A stretch of DNA of 53,852 bases, from positions 1 through 53,852 of IMG/VR virus record IMGVR_UViG_3300005764_000022; one strand, given 5' to 3'. Source of the DNA: a virus (taxonomy: Duplodnaviria; Caudoviricetes). Below, piece after piece: positions 18,097 through 27,551 of this stretch (positions are counted from its first letter, which is position 1; each line of letters opens with the position of its first letter). Under the pieces are notes generated by a model that was given only the letters and a program-made list of their open reading frames with translations, made no database searches and was not told where the DNA came from. A program made the position numbers and the translations under genes.

Positions 18097-18699
18097 ATGT
18101 TTGACACTACCGGCGAAGTCGCTGCCAGGGTGCGGACCCGCGAGGGCTTGCAGGAACTGGTTGTGCGATGGCCTACAGAAGAAGAATGGATTGAGCGCGG
18201 CAGGGGCCGCCGCACCAACCAGCGGCAGCTCGGGCAGGGCGCTACCGAGATTGACGTTGTAGAGGGCGACTCCGACTTGAAGCTCTATAACGCGATCCGG
18301 CTCAACGGCTCCGCCAACTTGACCGCCGGCGAAGCCACGATGTTCATGGAGACGATAGCGGAGTGCCGCGGCGCGGGCGCAGAGCTCGGGCCCGCCGAAG
18401 CCGTGATCACCCTCCGCGTCATGGGCGGCCAGGAGGTAAAGCACACCATCACCATTCCGAGCGCCGAAGCCATTTTCAAGACCAAGAAGCTCGCCTCGAA
18501 AGTGGTGAACCTGCCCCACAACCTGTACGCTTCGAAAACGTTCATGGGCCCGTGGCTCAAGCTCTATGAGGAGTGCAACGGGCATTCGAGCGATTACACC
18601 GGCCCGATTCCGGCGATCCACAAGGAAACCGCCATGCGCGAACTCGCCGAGGCCATGGAGCGCGAGATGACAGCGGGGCCGGATGAAAGCCCTATCTAA
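18097..18699 (+). CDS. Tail assembly chaperone (gpG-like)
   Basis: Between tube and tape measure; AAGGGG RBS. Confidence 0.75.
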   Translation: MFDTTGEVAARVRTREGLQELVVRWPTEEEWIERGRGRRTNQRQLGQGATEIDVVEGDSDLKLYNAIRLNGSANLTAGEATMFMETIAECRGAGAELGPAEAVITLRVMGGQEVKHTITIPSAEAIFKTKKLASKVVNLPHNLYASKTFMGPWLKLYEECNGHSSDYTGPIPAIHKETAMRELAEAMEREMTAGPDESPI

Positions 18700-19082
18700 C
18701 GAACGGGGCTTGGCCGGAGCGCCCGTCACCGAGATTCGTTCTAAACCGGCTGTTTCGCCGCGACCAGCTTTGCCCAGGGAGCGAAAATTGCCCGGAGGCT
18801 CTAACACCGGAGCCCGAGGACGAGCCAACGCTCCTCCCGTGTGGCGAATGTCCGCTCGAGAAGTTGCAATCGTTTATGGGGAGCGCGCGAGGGGCTCTGA
18901 TTCAATCCGCCATCGACGCGGACGTAGCGATGAGATGCGGCCTCCAGGTGACGCTCGGTGACATTACCTATTTGGATTTCCTGATGCTGAGGGCCCTCGT
19001 CGATGAGCGCGCCAAATACGAAAAGGAACTGATGGACAAGGAGCGCCAAAAGATCCAGCAACGGGGGCACTATGGCCGCTAA
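18687..19082 (+). CDS. Tail assembly chaperone extension (gpT-like), expressed by -1 frameshift
   Basis: -1 frame open from 18687 to 19082 (YLTNGAWPERPSPRFVLNRLFRRDQLC...CGECPLEKLQSF...); no start codon before 18864. Confidence 0.75.
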   Translation, partial: KPYLTNGAWPERPSPRFVLNRLFRRDQLCPGSENCPEALTPEPEDEPTLLPCGECPLEKLQSFMGSARGALIQSAIDADVAMRCGLQVTLGDITYLDFLMLRALVDERAKYEKELMDKERQKIQQRGHYGR

Positions 19083-22000
19083 TCGCATTTACATTCAGGT
19101 CGATTTTCAATCGCAAGATGCGAACAAAGCGATAGACACGCTCAACAAAAACATTCAGAGCATCGACGATTCGACCCAGAAGGCCTCGCGCGGCGCGACT
19201 CAAGGGCTTCAGAAAATGTCGGTGCAGGTCGAGCAAACGACGTCCGACGTCGCGGCGCTGGCCCAGGCTCTTGCCGGCATCGGCATCGCGCGCGTGGGCA
19301 TGGAGATGGCGAAGGCCTCAGACGACATCAACAAAACGACCATCGCTTTCGAGGGCATGTTGGGGAGCGCGGAAAAGGCTCACGACATCATGCTCAACTT
19401 ACGGGATGTCGCGAGCCGTAGTCCGTTCGCCTTTCAGGACCTTGCGGAAGGGGCGCAGCGCCTCAAGGCCTTTGGCTTCGAGGCGGCCCAGATCCCGCGC
19501 GTGATCGAGACGATTTCGAATGCAAGCGCGGCGCTCGGAGGCACCAAAGAGAAAATCAACTCGATCATTCTCGCCGTGGGCCAGATGTACACCAAGGGCA
19601 TCGCTCAAGGGCAGGAACTCTTTCGGCAATTGGCGGAACAGGGCGTCAAAGTTATGCCCGCGCTCCGTGAAGCCATTCAGAAGGAAACCGGCAAGATCCT
19701 GGACGACGCGGAAATCCGCAAGCTCGTCGAAAAAGGCATGATCAGCGGCAAAGCGGCAGCCGACGCGATTCTCGAATCCATGCAGAAGGAATTCGGCTCT
19801 ATCGGCGCGAAGATGATGGACCTCCCCACGGTCCAGATGCAGAAGCTCGAAGATTCTCTGATCCGGCTGGGCAACACCATCATGAAAGTGGTCGGGCCGC
19901 AGGTGGTCGACCTGGCAAAGAATCTTCGCTCCATTGTCGACGGCATGAACCAGGCGGATCCGGCGACGATCAAGTGGGTCGCGACGCTCGTGGAACTCGC
20001 CGCGGCGCTTTTAGCGGTTGCTGCGGGAATCCGCGCTGTTCAATTCGCGTGGAACGCCATCAACATCGTCGGGCTCGTCAAGAACACGATTCAGTGGGGC
20101 AAGGCGGTCAGCGGCCTTGCCCAGGACCTGCCCATCATGTTCGGCAAGGCCGAGGGGCCGCTCACGGCGCTCGGCACGCGCCTCACCGCGATGTTGCCGA
20201 CGCTCACGGTCATCGGGCAAGCCGTGGGCGTGATCGGAACGTTTTTCGCGACCTGGAAATTGAGCGACATCATCGTAAAGCAGCTCACCGATCTCGAACA
20301 AAAGTACGGAATGATGAGCGGCATTCAGGCAATGATGGACAAGGGCCCGATTCCGGGCGCCGGGGCGCTCACCCGGCCTTTCACCACGGCCGCCACATCC
20401 GGAGTCTGGCAACGGCAACAGGCTGAAAACTACCGCGTCGTAGAGGATCAAATCCGAACCGCGAACGAAGTTATGCGCGCTCGAGCGCGGCGCATCGTCG
20501 GGCCGTTCGCCACGCAGGGCTTTGAGGAAGTCGAAAAGATGGACATTGATTCGGTCCTCGCCCAGACCGACATGCTTTTCGACCAGATTCAACAGAAGCT
20601 CAAGGGCAATCAGGAAAAGCTCATCAAGGATAACCAGGCGCTCGCGGATCACCTGGCGGAAATCTCGCAACAGGCGCTCGACCGGGCGCGCGCGCAGCAA
20701 CTCGGAGGCGTCGCCGCGGTCCGGTACGAAATGCAAGGGCTGTACCGGGAGCTCACCAAAGGCGGCGAAGGGCCGGGCTCCGCGAATTGGGCAAAGGTTC
20801 AGGAAGCCGAGGCGCTTCGCGTTCAGAAGATCGTCCAGGACGCTCAAATGAAGGCCTACGAAGAGGGCCGCAAGCTCGACAACCAGGCCGCTCAGGACCG
20901 CATCAACAACTACTCGAAAGAAGCCAAGCTTCAAATCGCCATCGGTGACACGATGGTGCAAGCGACCGCCGAGCAGCGCGCGCGGGTGGTCATTCTCAGT
21001 TTTCAGAACGAAGTCGAATCCGCTCGAAAGCAGGCCAAGATGCGCAAGGACCTGGCGGACGAACAAGAGCACGACGAAATGATCGCGTCGTTCGTCCGGG
21101 CGAATCGCGACGGCGAAGCGATGTACGACCTCGCCAACATTCAAAAGAAATACCGCGACGACCGCGTTAAAGCGGACATGGAAGCCGCAGAGGCTATTGC
21201 GAAACACCAGCAGGACATCGAAAAGTCGCTGATTCAGGAAACCACGCGCGCCTGGGAAGACGCGCTTCAGCAACGCCGCTCGAACATGGAGACGGTCATT
21301 CAGAGCCGCGCAACCATGGCAAAAGCCGCGCGCGAGGCGACGGTGCCGCAGACCGAGGCCCAGAAGATCCGGGCGGCGCAAGAAGCCGCGGACATAGAAA
21401 TTCAGGCCGCTCAAGACGTCGCCGATTATAAAAACCAGCAGCTGGCCGACGACCTGAGAAAGAACATTGCGGCGGCGGAAACGATTGATAAAGCGATCCA
21501 GGAATCAGCCCAGGTGACGGCCGATAAAAAGTTTGAGATGCACCAGGCCTACCTGGATAACGTCGCCTCGCTCGACGAGCAGTTCCGCGAAAAGGAAGCG
21601 GCGAACGACATTCAGGCGAATGACGAGATTCAAAAAGCCAAATACGACCAGATCAAGCAATACAACCAAGCAGTCATCGAAGGGCAGAGAAAAACCTACG
21701 ATTCGCTCAAAAGCGCCATGGGCGGCATCTTCGATGCGCTGACCCACAAGACAACCTCTTTCGCGGCGGCCATCGGGAATATGATCAAAACCGCGGCCCT
21801 CGGAGCGATCAAGGAAATTGTGACCTCGCACGCGGCCGCGGCGCTTACCGAGATGTTCGGCCAGGGCCACGTAGGTTTCGGCGGCGGACGTCGCGGGCTT
21901 TTAGGATCAGAGCCCATTTTCGGAATGGGAAAACTCCTCGACCCGAACAGCGCCGCGATTAACCAGCCGGGGCACCTGGGCCATTTGCCGATGGTGAGCG

Positions 22001-23166
22001 TGGGCGGCCAATTGGCAATGCCGGTCTACAACGTAGGCGTAAGCCCAATGAACCCGAACGCAGAGCATACCTCGGCAGGAGATGTTCTGAAGGCCGCGGG
22101 CGCGACGGGCTACGGCATTGCAATGGCCCGGGCAGCAAGCGACACGAATGTAAGGGTCCAGACCACGGAAACCATCAAATTCGAAGGCGTAGACGGCTCG
22201 ACCGTGAGCCAACAGGTGGGAAGCTCCAGCGTCCAGACTTACGGCGGCGGCGCTTCTGGAGGCGGTTACGGCTCGCCGGTCGAAACGGGGGGCATGACCA
22301 ACCTTTCCCAGATTCCCGGTGCTTCGCGCATTCCAGGAATCGGCCAGACGCAAACCGGAATAAACCTGCTGAAGATGTTCGGGCTCGGCCTCAACCCCTC
22401 AAAGCTGTTTACCGGCCTTGGGGGAGCGGCGACGGCCGCGGGCCTCGCTGGACTATTCGGAGCGTGGAAGCTTGGCCGCGGCGCCCTGGGCCTGGGCGGA
22501 AAGATCGCCTCGCCGTTCGTGGGCGCGGCGTCCGGAATGCTCGCCTTTGGCGGGCTCATGGCGATGTTCCCCGCGCTCGCTGCAGCCGGACCATTCGGCC
22601 TCATCGCCGCGGGCGCTATTGGCGCGACCGTGGGACTCATGGCGATCTTTGGACAGCGGGACACCGACCACGCGCGCGCGCTGATCAAACAGGCCTATGG
22701 GGTGGACATTCCAAACAAACAGGTGCTCAACCAGGTGGTCGCCATCGCCAAGTCGAAATACGGCGGCTCGATTTCGATGGCCGTCGCTTCGCCGGAGGTT
22801 CAGGAACTCGTGCGGCTCTACGCGGCCACGCAAGGCATGAGCGCCGCGGGACTGCCGCGGCCCATGTACGGCGTGACGGCGGCCCAGAGCGGCGCGGGAG
22901 GCGTCGCCATTCAGCCGGTGTATTCGAACGGCCAACAGGTCATGAGTCCTTACACGGGGCTCACCAGCTACCAGTGGAATCAAAGCGCGCTGTACGTCCA
23001 GCTCGATCCGCAACAGGCCTCCGATCTGTTCGCGGGCCAGGTGGTCAACGTGCTCAACTCGAACCCGTCCACCGTGGCGGCCGCCAACGCTGCGGGCGTC
23101 GCCGCGGGCGCGGGGCGGAATGATCAGAAAGCATCTCTCCTGGAGCCCTTAACGCTGTTCGCCTAA
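19072..23166 (+). CDS. Tape measure protein
   Basis: 1364 aa helical; AFEGMLGSAEKA...SPFAFQDL...GQMYTKG tape_meas domain; hydrophobic Gly/Ala segments. Confidence 0.95.
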   Translation: MAANRIYIQVDFQSQDANKAIDTLNKNIQSIDDSTQKASRGATQGLQKMSVQVEQTTSDVAALAQALAGIGIARVGMEMAKASDDINKTTIAFEGMLGSAEKAHDIMLNLRDVASRSPFAFQDLAEGAQRLKAFGFEAAQIPRVIETISNASAALGGTKEKINSIILAVGQMYTKGIAQGQELFRQLAEQGVKVMPALREAIQKETGKILDDAEIRKLVEKGMISGKAAADAILESMQKEFGSIGAKMMDLPTVQMQKLEDSLIRLGNTIMKVVGPQVVDLAKNLRSIVDGMNQADPATIKWVATLVELAAALLAVAAGIRAVQFAWNAINIVGLVKNTIQWGKAVSGLAQDLPIMFGKAEGPLTALGTRLTAMLPTLTVIGQAVGVIGTFFATWKLSDIIVKQLTDLEQKYGMMSGIQAMMDKGPIPGAGALTRPFTTAATSGVWQRQQAENYRVVEDQIRTANEVMRARARRIVGPFATQGFEEVEKMDIDSVLAQTDMLFDQIQQKLKGNQEKLIKDNQALADHLAEISQQALDRARAQQLGGVAAVRYEMQGLYRELTKGGEGPGSANWAKVQEAEALRVQKIVQDAQMKAYEEGRKLDNQAAQDRINNYSKEAKLQIAIGDTMVQATAEQRARVVILSFQNEVESARKQAKMRKDLADEQEHDEMIASFVRANRDGEAMYDLANIQKKYRDDRVKADMEAAEAIAKHQQDIEKSLIQETTRAWEDALQQRRSNMETVIQSRATMAKAAREATVPQTEAQKIRAAQEAADIEIQAAQDVADYKNQQLADDLRKNIAAAETIDKAIQESAQVTADKKFEMHQAYLDNVASLDEQFREKEAANDIQANDEIQKAKYDQIKQYNQAVIEGQRKTYDSLKSAMGGIFDALTHKTTSFAAAIGNMIKTAALGAIKEIVTSHAAAALTEMFGQGHVGFGGGRRGLLGSEPIFGMGKLLDPNSAAINQPGHLGHLPMVSVGGQLAMPVYNVGVSPMNPNAEHTSAGDVLKAAGATGYGIAMARAASDTNVRVQTTETIKFEGVDGSTVSQQVGSSSVQTYGGGASGGGYGSPVETGGMTNLSQIPGASRIPGIGQTQTGINLLKMFGLGLNPSKLFTGLGGAATAAGLAGLFGAWKLGRGALGLGGKIASPFVGAASGMLAFGGLMAMFPALAAAGPFGLIAAGAIGATVGLMAIFGQRDTDHARALIKQAYGVDIPNKQVLNQVVAIAKSKYGGSISMAVASPEVQELVRLYAATQGMSAAGLPRPMYGVTAAQSGAGGVAIQPVYSNGQQVMSPYTGLTSYQWNQSALYVQLDPQQASDLFAGQVVNVLNSNPSTVAAANAAGVAAGAGRNDQKASLLEPLTLFA

Positions 23167-23167
23167 T

Positions 23168-23563
23168 ATGCCTTCAAACATCATCCGGCCAACGCCAACA
23201 GACGTTCTGCCCATCGGACTGATGAGCGCATTTACGAAACAGCTTCGCTATGAGGCTTTCGTGAACAACTACCAGGACGGCTCGAGCGACCGCGCGGCGC
23301 TGACCGCCAACGCGCGCAATTCGTTCCAGATGACCAAGCGCATGACCACGAGCGAATGGTCGTCGCTCAGAGCGTTTTATAACGCGCACATTGGGATTCC
23401 GTTTTACTTCTATGTGCCCAGGGAAACGATTCCGCCTTTCACTCCGGATCCGACCGGGGCGGCCACTGACGGGCGCTACACCGTAGTGTTTGACGGAGCT
23501 TGGAGCGAAACGACCGGCATCGGGCGCTCCGTGGCTCAACTCTCGTTGCGGGAGGTGGTGTAG
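23168..23563 (+). CDS. Distal tail protein (Dit/gpM-like)
   Basis: Directly after tape measure; LRAFYNAHIGIPFYFY...LSLREVV. Confidence 0.7.
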   Translation: MPSNIIRPTPTDVLPIGLMSAFTKQLRYEAFVNNYQDGSSDRAALTANARNSFQMTKRMTTSEWSSLRAFYNAHIGIPFYFYVPRETIPPFTPDPTGAATDGRYTVVFDGAWSETTGIGRSVAQLSLREVV

Positions 23564-23567
23564 TCGC

Positions 23568-26500
23568 GTGGCGGATAACCTCGGGCCCGTACCAATTCCA
23601 GTCCCGCCGGTGATCGGAGCGTTTCCGCTCACCTCGCCTACGCGCGGGCCGGATTGGGGCTCGGGCTTCGACTATGCGCCGCCGATTGCGGTACACCAAT
23701 TCGACGAACCAGGCCTCAAGACCGAACAGCGGTTCGTCCTGGGCTCAGGCGCGCGCCGGTTTCGCATCCGGCGCGACCATCTCAGCTGCCAGGAATTCGA
23801 TGCGCTCGAGGCGCACTGGAACCAGGCTCAGGGCACCTATGCGACGTTTCCGTTTTACTACCACGGGCCCGCGGGAGTTGAAACGTATAACGTCCGGTAC
23901 GAAAACCCGAACGTCAGTTTTTCCATGCTCCAGGGGCTGCTTGCCGGCGACCCGGGTCTGACTCTCCTCGAAGTGCCCACGACGTCCGCGAGCTATACCT
24001 CGGTCGCTCAGGTAACGCGCTTTCCAGATGCGGCGTTTTCGGCGGCGCTCCAGCAGGAAACGCAGCACATGATTCCCCTGGTGGCGATTCAGGACCGCGG
24101 AAACAATGCGCCTGTGTTTGTCTCGAATCAGCGCGTCATCATCGACGGGACTCTCTACCTCCCGCGGCTCGTGACCTGGGACGGAATCAAGCAATCGCTG
24201 GGCGGCGCTTCAGACTCGGCGAAATTCACGTTTGGGAACGCCGATGGCGTATGGACCACGCTTGCGAACACCGTGAACCTGAACCGCGCTTTCGTCGCCT
24301 TCGGGCTCTATCACGTTGAATCCGGATACTTTTGCAACCTGTGGGCGGGCTATGCTCTGCCATTTCTGATTAACCCAACCGGCACGTTCGAGCTCGCGGC
24401 CTCCGATGGCGCTTTCCAATTAGGCCTCGGCTATCCCTCGCGCATCATTACGCGGACCTGCTGGAAGGTTTACAAAGGCCGCTTCTGCCCGTCGACCTCC
24501 AGCCTTCCGGATTGCCCCAAGGATTGGGATTCGTGCGTGGCTCGTGGCGTTCAGACCTCATTCGGCGGCATGGTGGTCGAGCCCGCTGCGGTGCGCATCA
24601 AGGACTCCTCGACCGGCGTTCTCGGATGGGGCCGCTCCTCGATGACCAGCGTGACCGTTGGAAACGATTCGGTGTATCAACGTCCGCTCCAGGAGGTGTG
24701 GACCGATAAGGCGCTGATTGTCAATTGCGACGTGGCCGCCGGGCGCGACGAAGATCAATACTATTCCGCCCTGGGAATCGTGAGCGAGGGGCCGATTGGC
24801 GCCTACTATCCGAACCTTTCGGTACAGTCGCTCGACGGCATGCCGCCTCACGACCCTTACAATGGCGGCGGCTGGCGCGGAATCCTCGGAACGGACCCGG
24901 CAGCGACCAGCGATTTCTTCCAGATTGACCAGGGCCCGAATTGGGGGAGCCCGCCCGCCGATTCGACCTACGCCGCGGGAATGGCTTTTGCGGAGATTCG
25001 CCGGAGGGATGCCCTCGGATTGCAGCTTGCGCCGGTGTCGGACCGCGCCATGAAGGTCTGGATCACCGAAGGCATAGGCGGATGGGTCTGGACGGCTCCA
25101 GGCGCGCGCGTGTGGCAAGACGGCATAGGTAACGTGGTGTGGGTCGCAATAAACGTCTACCTGCGCGCGCTGGGCCTCCGCACCGACCAATCCCGGGCCC
25201 AAAGCGTGACTCCGGCCGAAATGGAAGCGTTCTTCGACGTGAACCAGGCCATCGCCGCGGCCGCCATCTGCGATCTCCAGGTAGACAAGCTGGTAGGGAC
25301 CGGCCAGGAAAAGCAGTTCCCCTTTCGGGGCATTCTCAAAGAGCGCAAGCCGGTAAAAGACTGGCTCCAGGAAATCCTCAACTGCGGGCTCGGCTTCTAC
25401 ACGTTCGTAAACGGCAAACTGTGGATCGGCATTCGCGAGAATTCAAGCGTGCTTGCGGGCAACGCTTTCACGCGCGCGACGATCCTCTACCAATCGCTTC
25501 AGGCGACGCCGATTCAACCGCAGTTCAATTGGCTCACGATTCAATTCGGCGACGAGGAATTCGGCTACGAGCTCAATAACGTCACGCTCTATGACATCGA
25601 CGCCGCGGGCTTCCTGGGCACTCCGGAATCTCCGACCTATACGCCGATGACCATGAGCCTCGTCGGTTGCTCGAACAAGAGCCAGGCCTCGCGCATCGCC
25701 ATCACACGCCTTCGCGAAGAAGTGGGTGGCCTCGGGCCCACGCAGCAGATGAACGCGCGCGCTCTCAGTTTCCGGACTACCGTTCTCGCGCTCAAGACCA
25801 TGGTGGGCGACATCATTTCGATGACCCATGCGGCTCTGCCGGGCGGCTCGGCCGAGGGCCGCGTTACGAGCTGGGCGCTCAACCCGGATTTTTCGATTGA
25901 CATTCAAGCCTCGCCCACAACGGACGAGATGTACGCCTACGACCAGGGCCCGAAGCCCGCCGACGTGCCGGCTGACCCTGTGCCTCCGGAAATCCTGCCG
26001 TCCATCGCGGGGCTTGCGTGGATGCCGAATAACGTGGCGCCCGCGGCGAACGACCCTCTTTATCCGGATCCGCTCGAGCGCACCTTCGCGCTGTGGCAGG
26101 ATTACACCATCGACCGCACCGGCCAGTGGGTTCCCGCAGTATTCGTCGAAGGGGAGCGCCCGGTAAACACCTACGGCTCGACCGATCAGGCGCGCATTGC
26201 GGGCGCGGTGTTGGGCTCGGGCGGCACGCTCAAGGGCGGCCAGGTGATCTATGCGGCCGTCACCAGGCGCGACCAGACGAGCGGCAAATTCAGCTTTCCC
26301 TCGAACCTGTGGGCGGTGTGGATCGACCCGGCGCTCTCGAACCAAAAGCTCTCGATTTCGCTCAACGCGCCTCCGGGGGGATATGGAACGGTTTACGACC
26401 TGTGGGCGGGCACGGATAGGAGGCTCATCGGATGGCAACAGGAGCTCCCGGCGGCGACAACCAATTTCGACTTGACCGGCCCGCTTCACCCTATGACGCT

Positions 26501-27551
26501 GATGATGCCGAATGGTGCGGCGGCCTTTGTTCGGACTCAGGCGAAGCACGTTTGGCACTCGGGAGTAGTGGGCGTGCTCGTGACCGGAACGCCCGCGGCA
26601 AACCAAATCCAATCCAACGATTTCATTGGCTCCGCCGAAAACTGGGTGGGCTGCTACCTCACCTGCATCGCTGATTTCTCGGATGGCAGCGCGCCGCTCT
26701 GGAATTTTCAGGCTACCGCGTTCGATCCGGCGACCGGGACGTTTACGATCAGCCCGACTCCTACCGACCCGATAGGCGAGGGCGACGTTTTAATCGTGCG
26801 CAGCGTGGCGCGCTCGGTGTCCGCAGACAATCGCACCGTGACCGATTCGCTCTGGAATAATGACGTCACGCGCAACCAGTTCCCAGGGACCAACGGGCTC
26901 ACACCGGGCCAGGAAGCCAACCGCATCCAGCGGATTCTCAGAGGGACCGGCGCGGGCCAGTACCGCTATATCAGCGACAACACCAACACGGCCGTCACCG
27001 TGGATCCGCCCTGGGACATAAAGCCCGATGCGACCTCCATCATGATCATCGAAGATGCGACCTGGGCTTACACGAACGATTCGAGCAGGGGCGACGAGAC
27101 AAGCGCGAACGTGAACAATTCGGGCGGCGGCGACCTGGTTCAAATCCGGATGCGGATAGACAACCTTCGCGACGTCGTGGCGCTCGTGGCCGGCTTCCTC
27201 GTCGACTCCGAGGGCCACCAGACCTGGGAAACCGTTGCGGTCTTTCGAGAGATTTACATTTTCGGGCAGCCGCCCACGGTGCGGATCGTCGGACCGGCGC
27301 CGCTCGACCCGGACGGCAACACCTGGCAAGCGTTTGAAACCGATCACACGATTCGCGTCGACACGAGCGCAAATGACATTACGTTCCAGTTGCCGCCGTT
27401 GTACGTCTACCAGGGGCGCACGCTCGTGATCTGGAACGACGGCGCCTTTACGGTGACGGTCGAGGCCTACCCGGGCGAGGCGCTATGGGACGGCTCGACG
27501 TCGGTGATTCTCGATACGCAAGGCACCTGCCTCAAGGTGACATCGGCATGA
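23568..27551 (+). CDS. Tail tip/hub protein (Dit-like + gpL-like + gpJ-like)
   Basis: Four-Cys cluster TCWKVYKGRFC...DCPKDWDSC; later DWLQEIL, FRTTVLAL..MVGDIISMTH; start GTG 23568. Confidence 0.8.
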   Translation: MADNLGPVPIPVPPVIGAFPLTSPTRGPDWGSGFDYAPPIAVHQFDEPGLKTEQRFVLGSGARRFRIRRDHLSCQEFDALEAHWNQAQGTYATFPFYYHGPAGVETYNVRYENPNVSFSMLQGLLAGDPGLTLLEVPTTSASYTSVAQVTRFPDAAFSAALQQETQHMIPLVAIQDRGNNAPVFVSNQRVIIDGTLYLPRLVTWDGIKQSLGGASDSAKFTFGNADGVWTTLANTVNLNRAFVAFGLYHVESGYFCNLWAGYALPFLINPTGTFELAASDGAFQLGLGYPSRIITRTCWKVYKGRFCPSTSSLPDCPKDWDSCVARGVQTSFGGMVVEPAAVRIKDSSTGVLGWGRSSMTSVTVGNDSVYQRPLQEVWTDKALIVNCDVAAGRDEDQYYSALGIVSEGPIGAYYPNLSVQSLDGMPPHDPYNGGGWRGILGTDPAATSDFFQIDQGPNWGSPPADSTYAAGMAFAEIRRRDALGLQLAPVSDRAMKVWITEGIGGWVWTAPGARVWQDGIGNVVWVAINVYLRALGLRTDQSRAQSVTPAEMEAFFDVNQAIAAAAICDLQVDKLVGTGQEKQFPFRGILKERKPVKDWLQEILNCGLGFYTFVNGKLWIGIRENSSVLAGNAFTRATILYQSLQATPIQPQFNWLTIQFGDEEFGYELNNVTLYDIDAAGFLGTPESPTYTPMTMSLVGCSNKSQASRIAITRLREEVGGLGPTQQMNARALSFRTTVLALKTMVGDIISMTHAALPGGSAEGRVTSWALNPDFSIDIQASPTTDEMYAYDQGPKPADVPADPVPPEILPSIAGLAWMPNNVAPAANDPLYPDPLERTFALWQDYTIDRTGQWVPAVFVEGERPVNTYGSTDQARIAGAVLGSGGTLKGGQVIYAAVTRRDQTSGKFSFPSNLWAVWIDPALSNQKLSISLNAPPGGYGTVYDLWAGTDRRLIGWQQELPAATTNFDLTGPLHPMTLMMPNGAAAFVRTQAKHVWHSGVVGVLVTGTPAANQIQSNDFIGSAENWVGCYLTCIADFSDGSAPLWNFQATAFDPATGTFTISPTPTDPIGEGDVLIVRSVARSVSADNRTVTDSLWNNDVTRNQFPGTNGLTPGQEANRIQRILRGTGAGQYRYISDNTNTAVTVDPPWDIKPDATSIMIIEDATWAYTNDSSRGDETSANVNNSGGGDLVQIRMRIDNLRDVVALVAGFLVDSEGHQTWETVAVFREIYIFGQPPTVRIVGPAPLDPDGNTWQAFETDHTIRVDTSANDITFQLPPLYVYQGRTLVIWNDGAFTVTVEAYPGEALWDGSTSVILDTQGTCLKVTSA

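Noticed and set aside
18683-18961. 92-aa +1-frame ORF after the chaperone
   Set aside because: Low-complexity translation; the -1 frame gives the coherent product reaching the tape measure start
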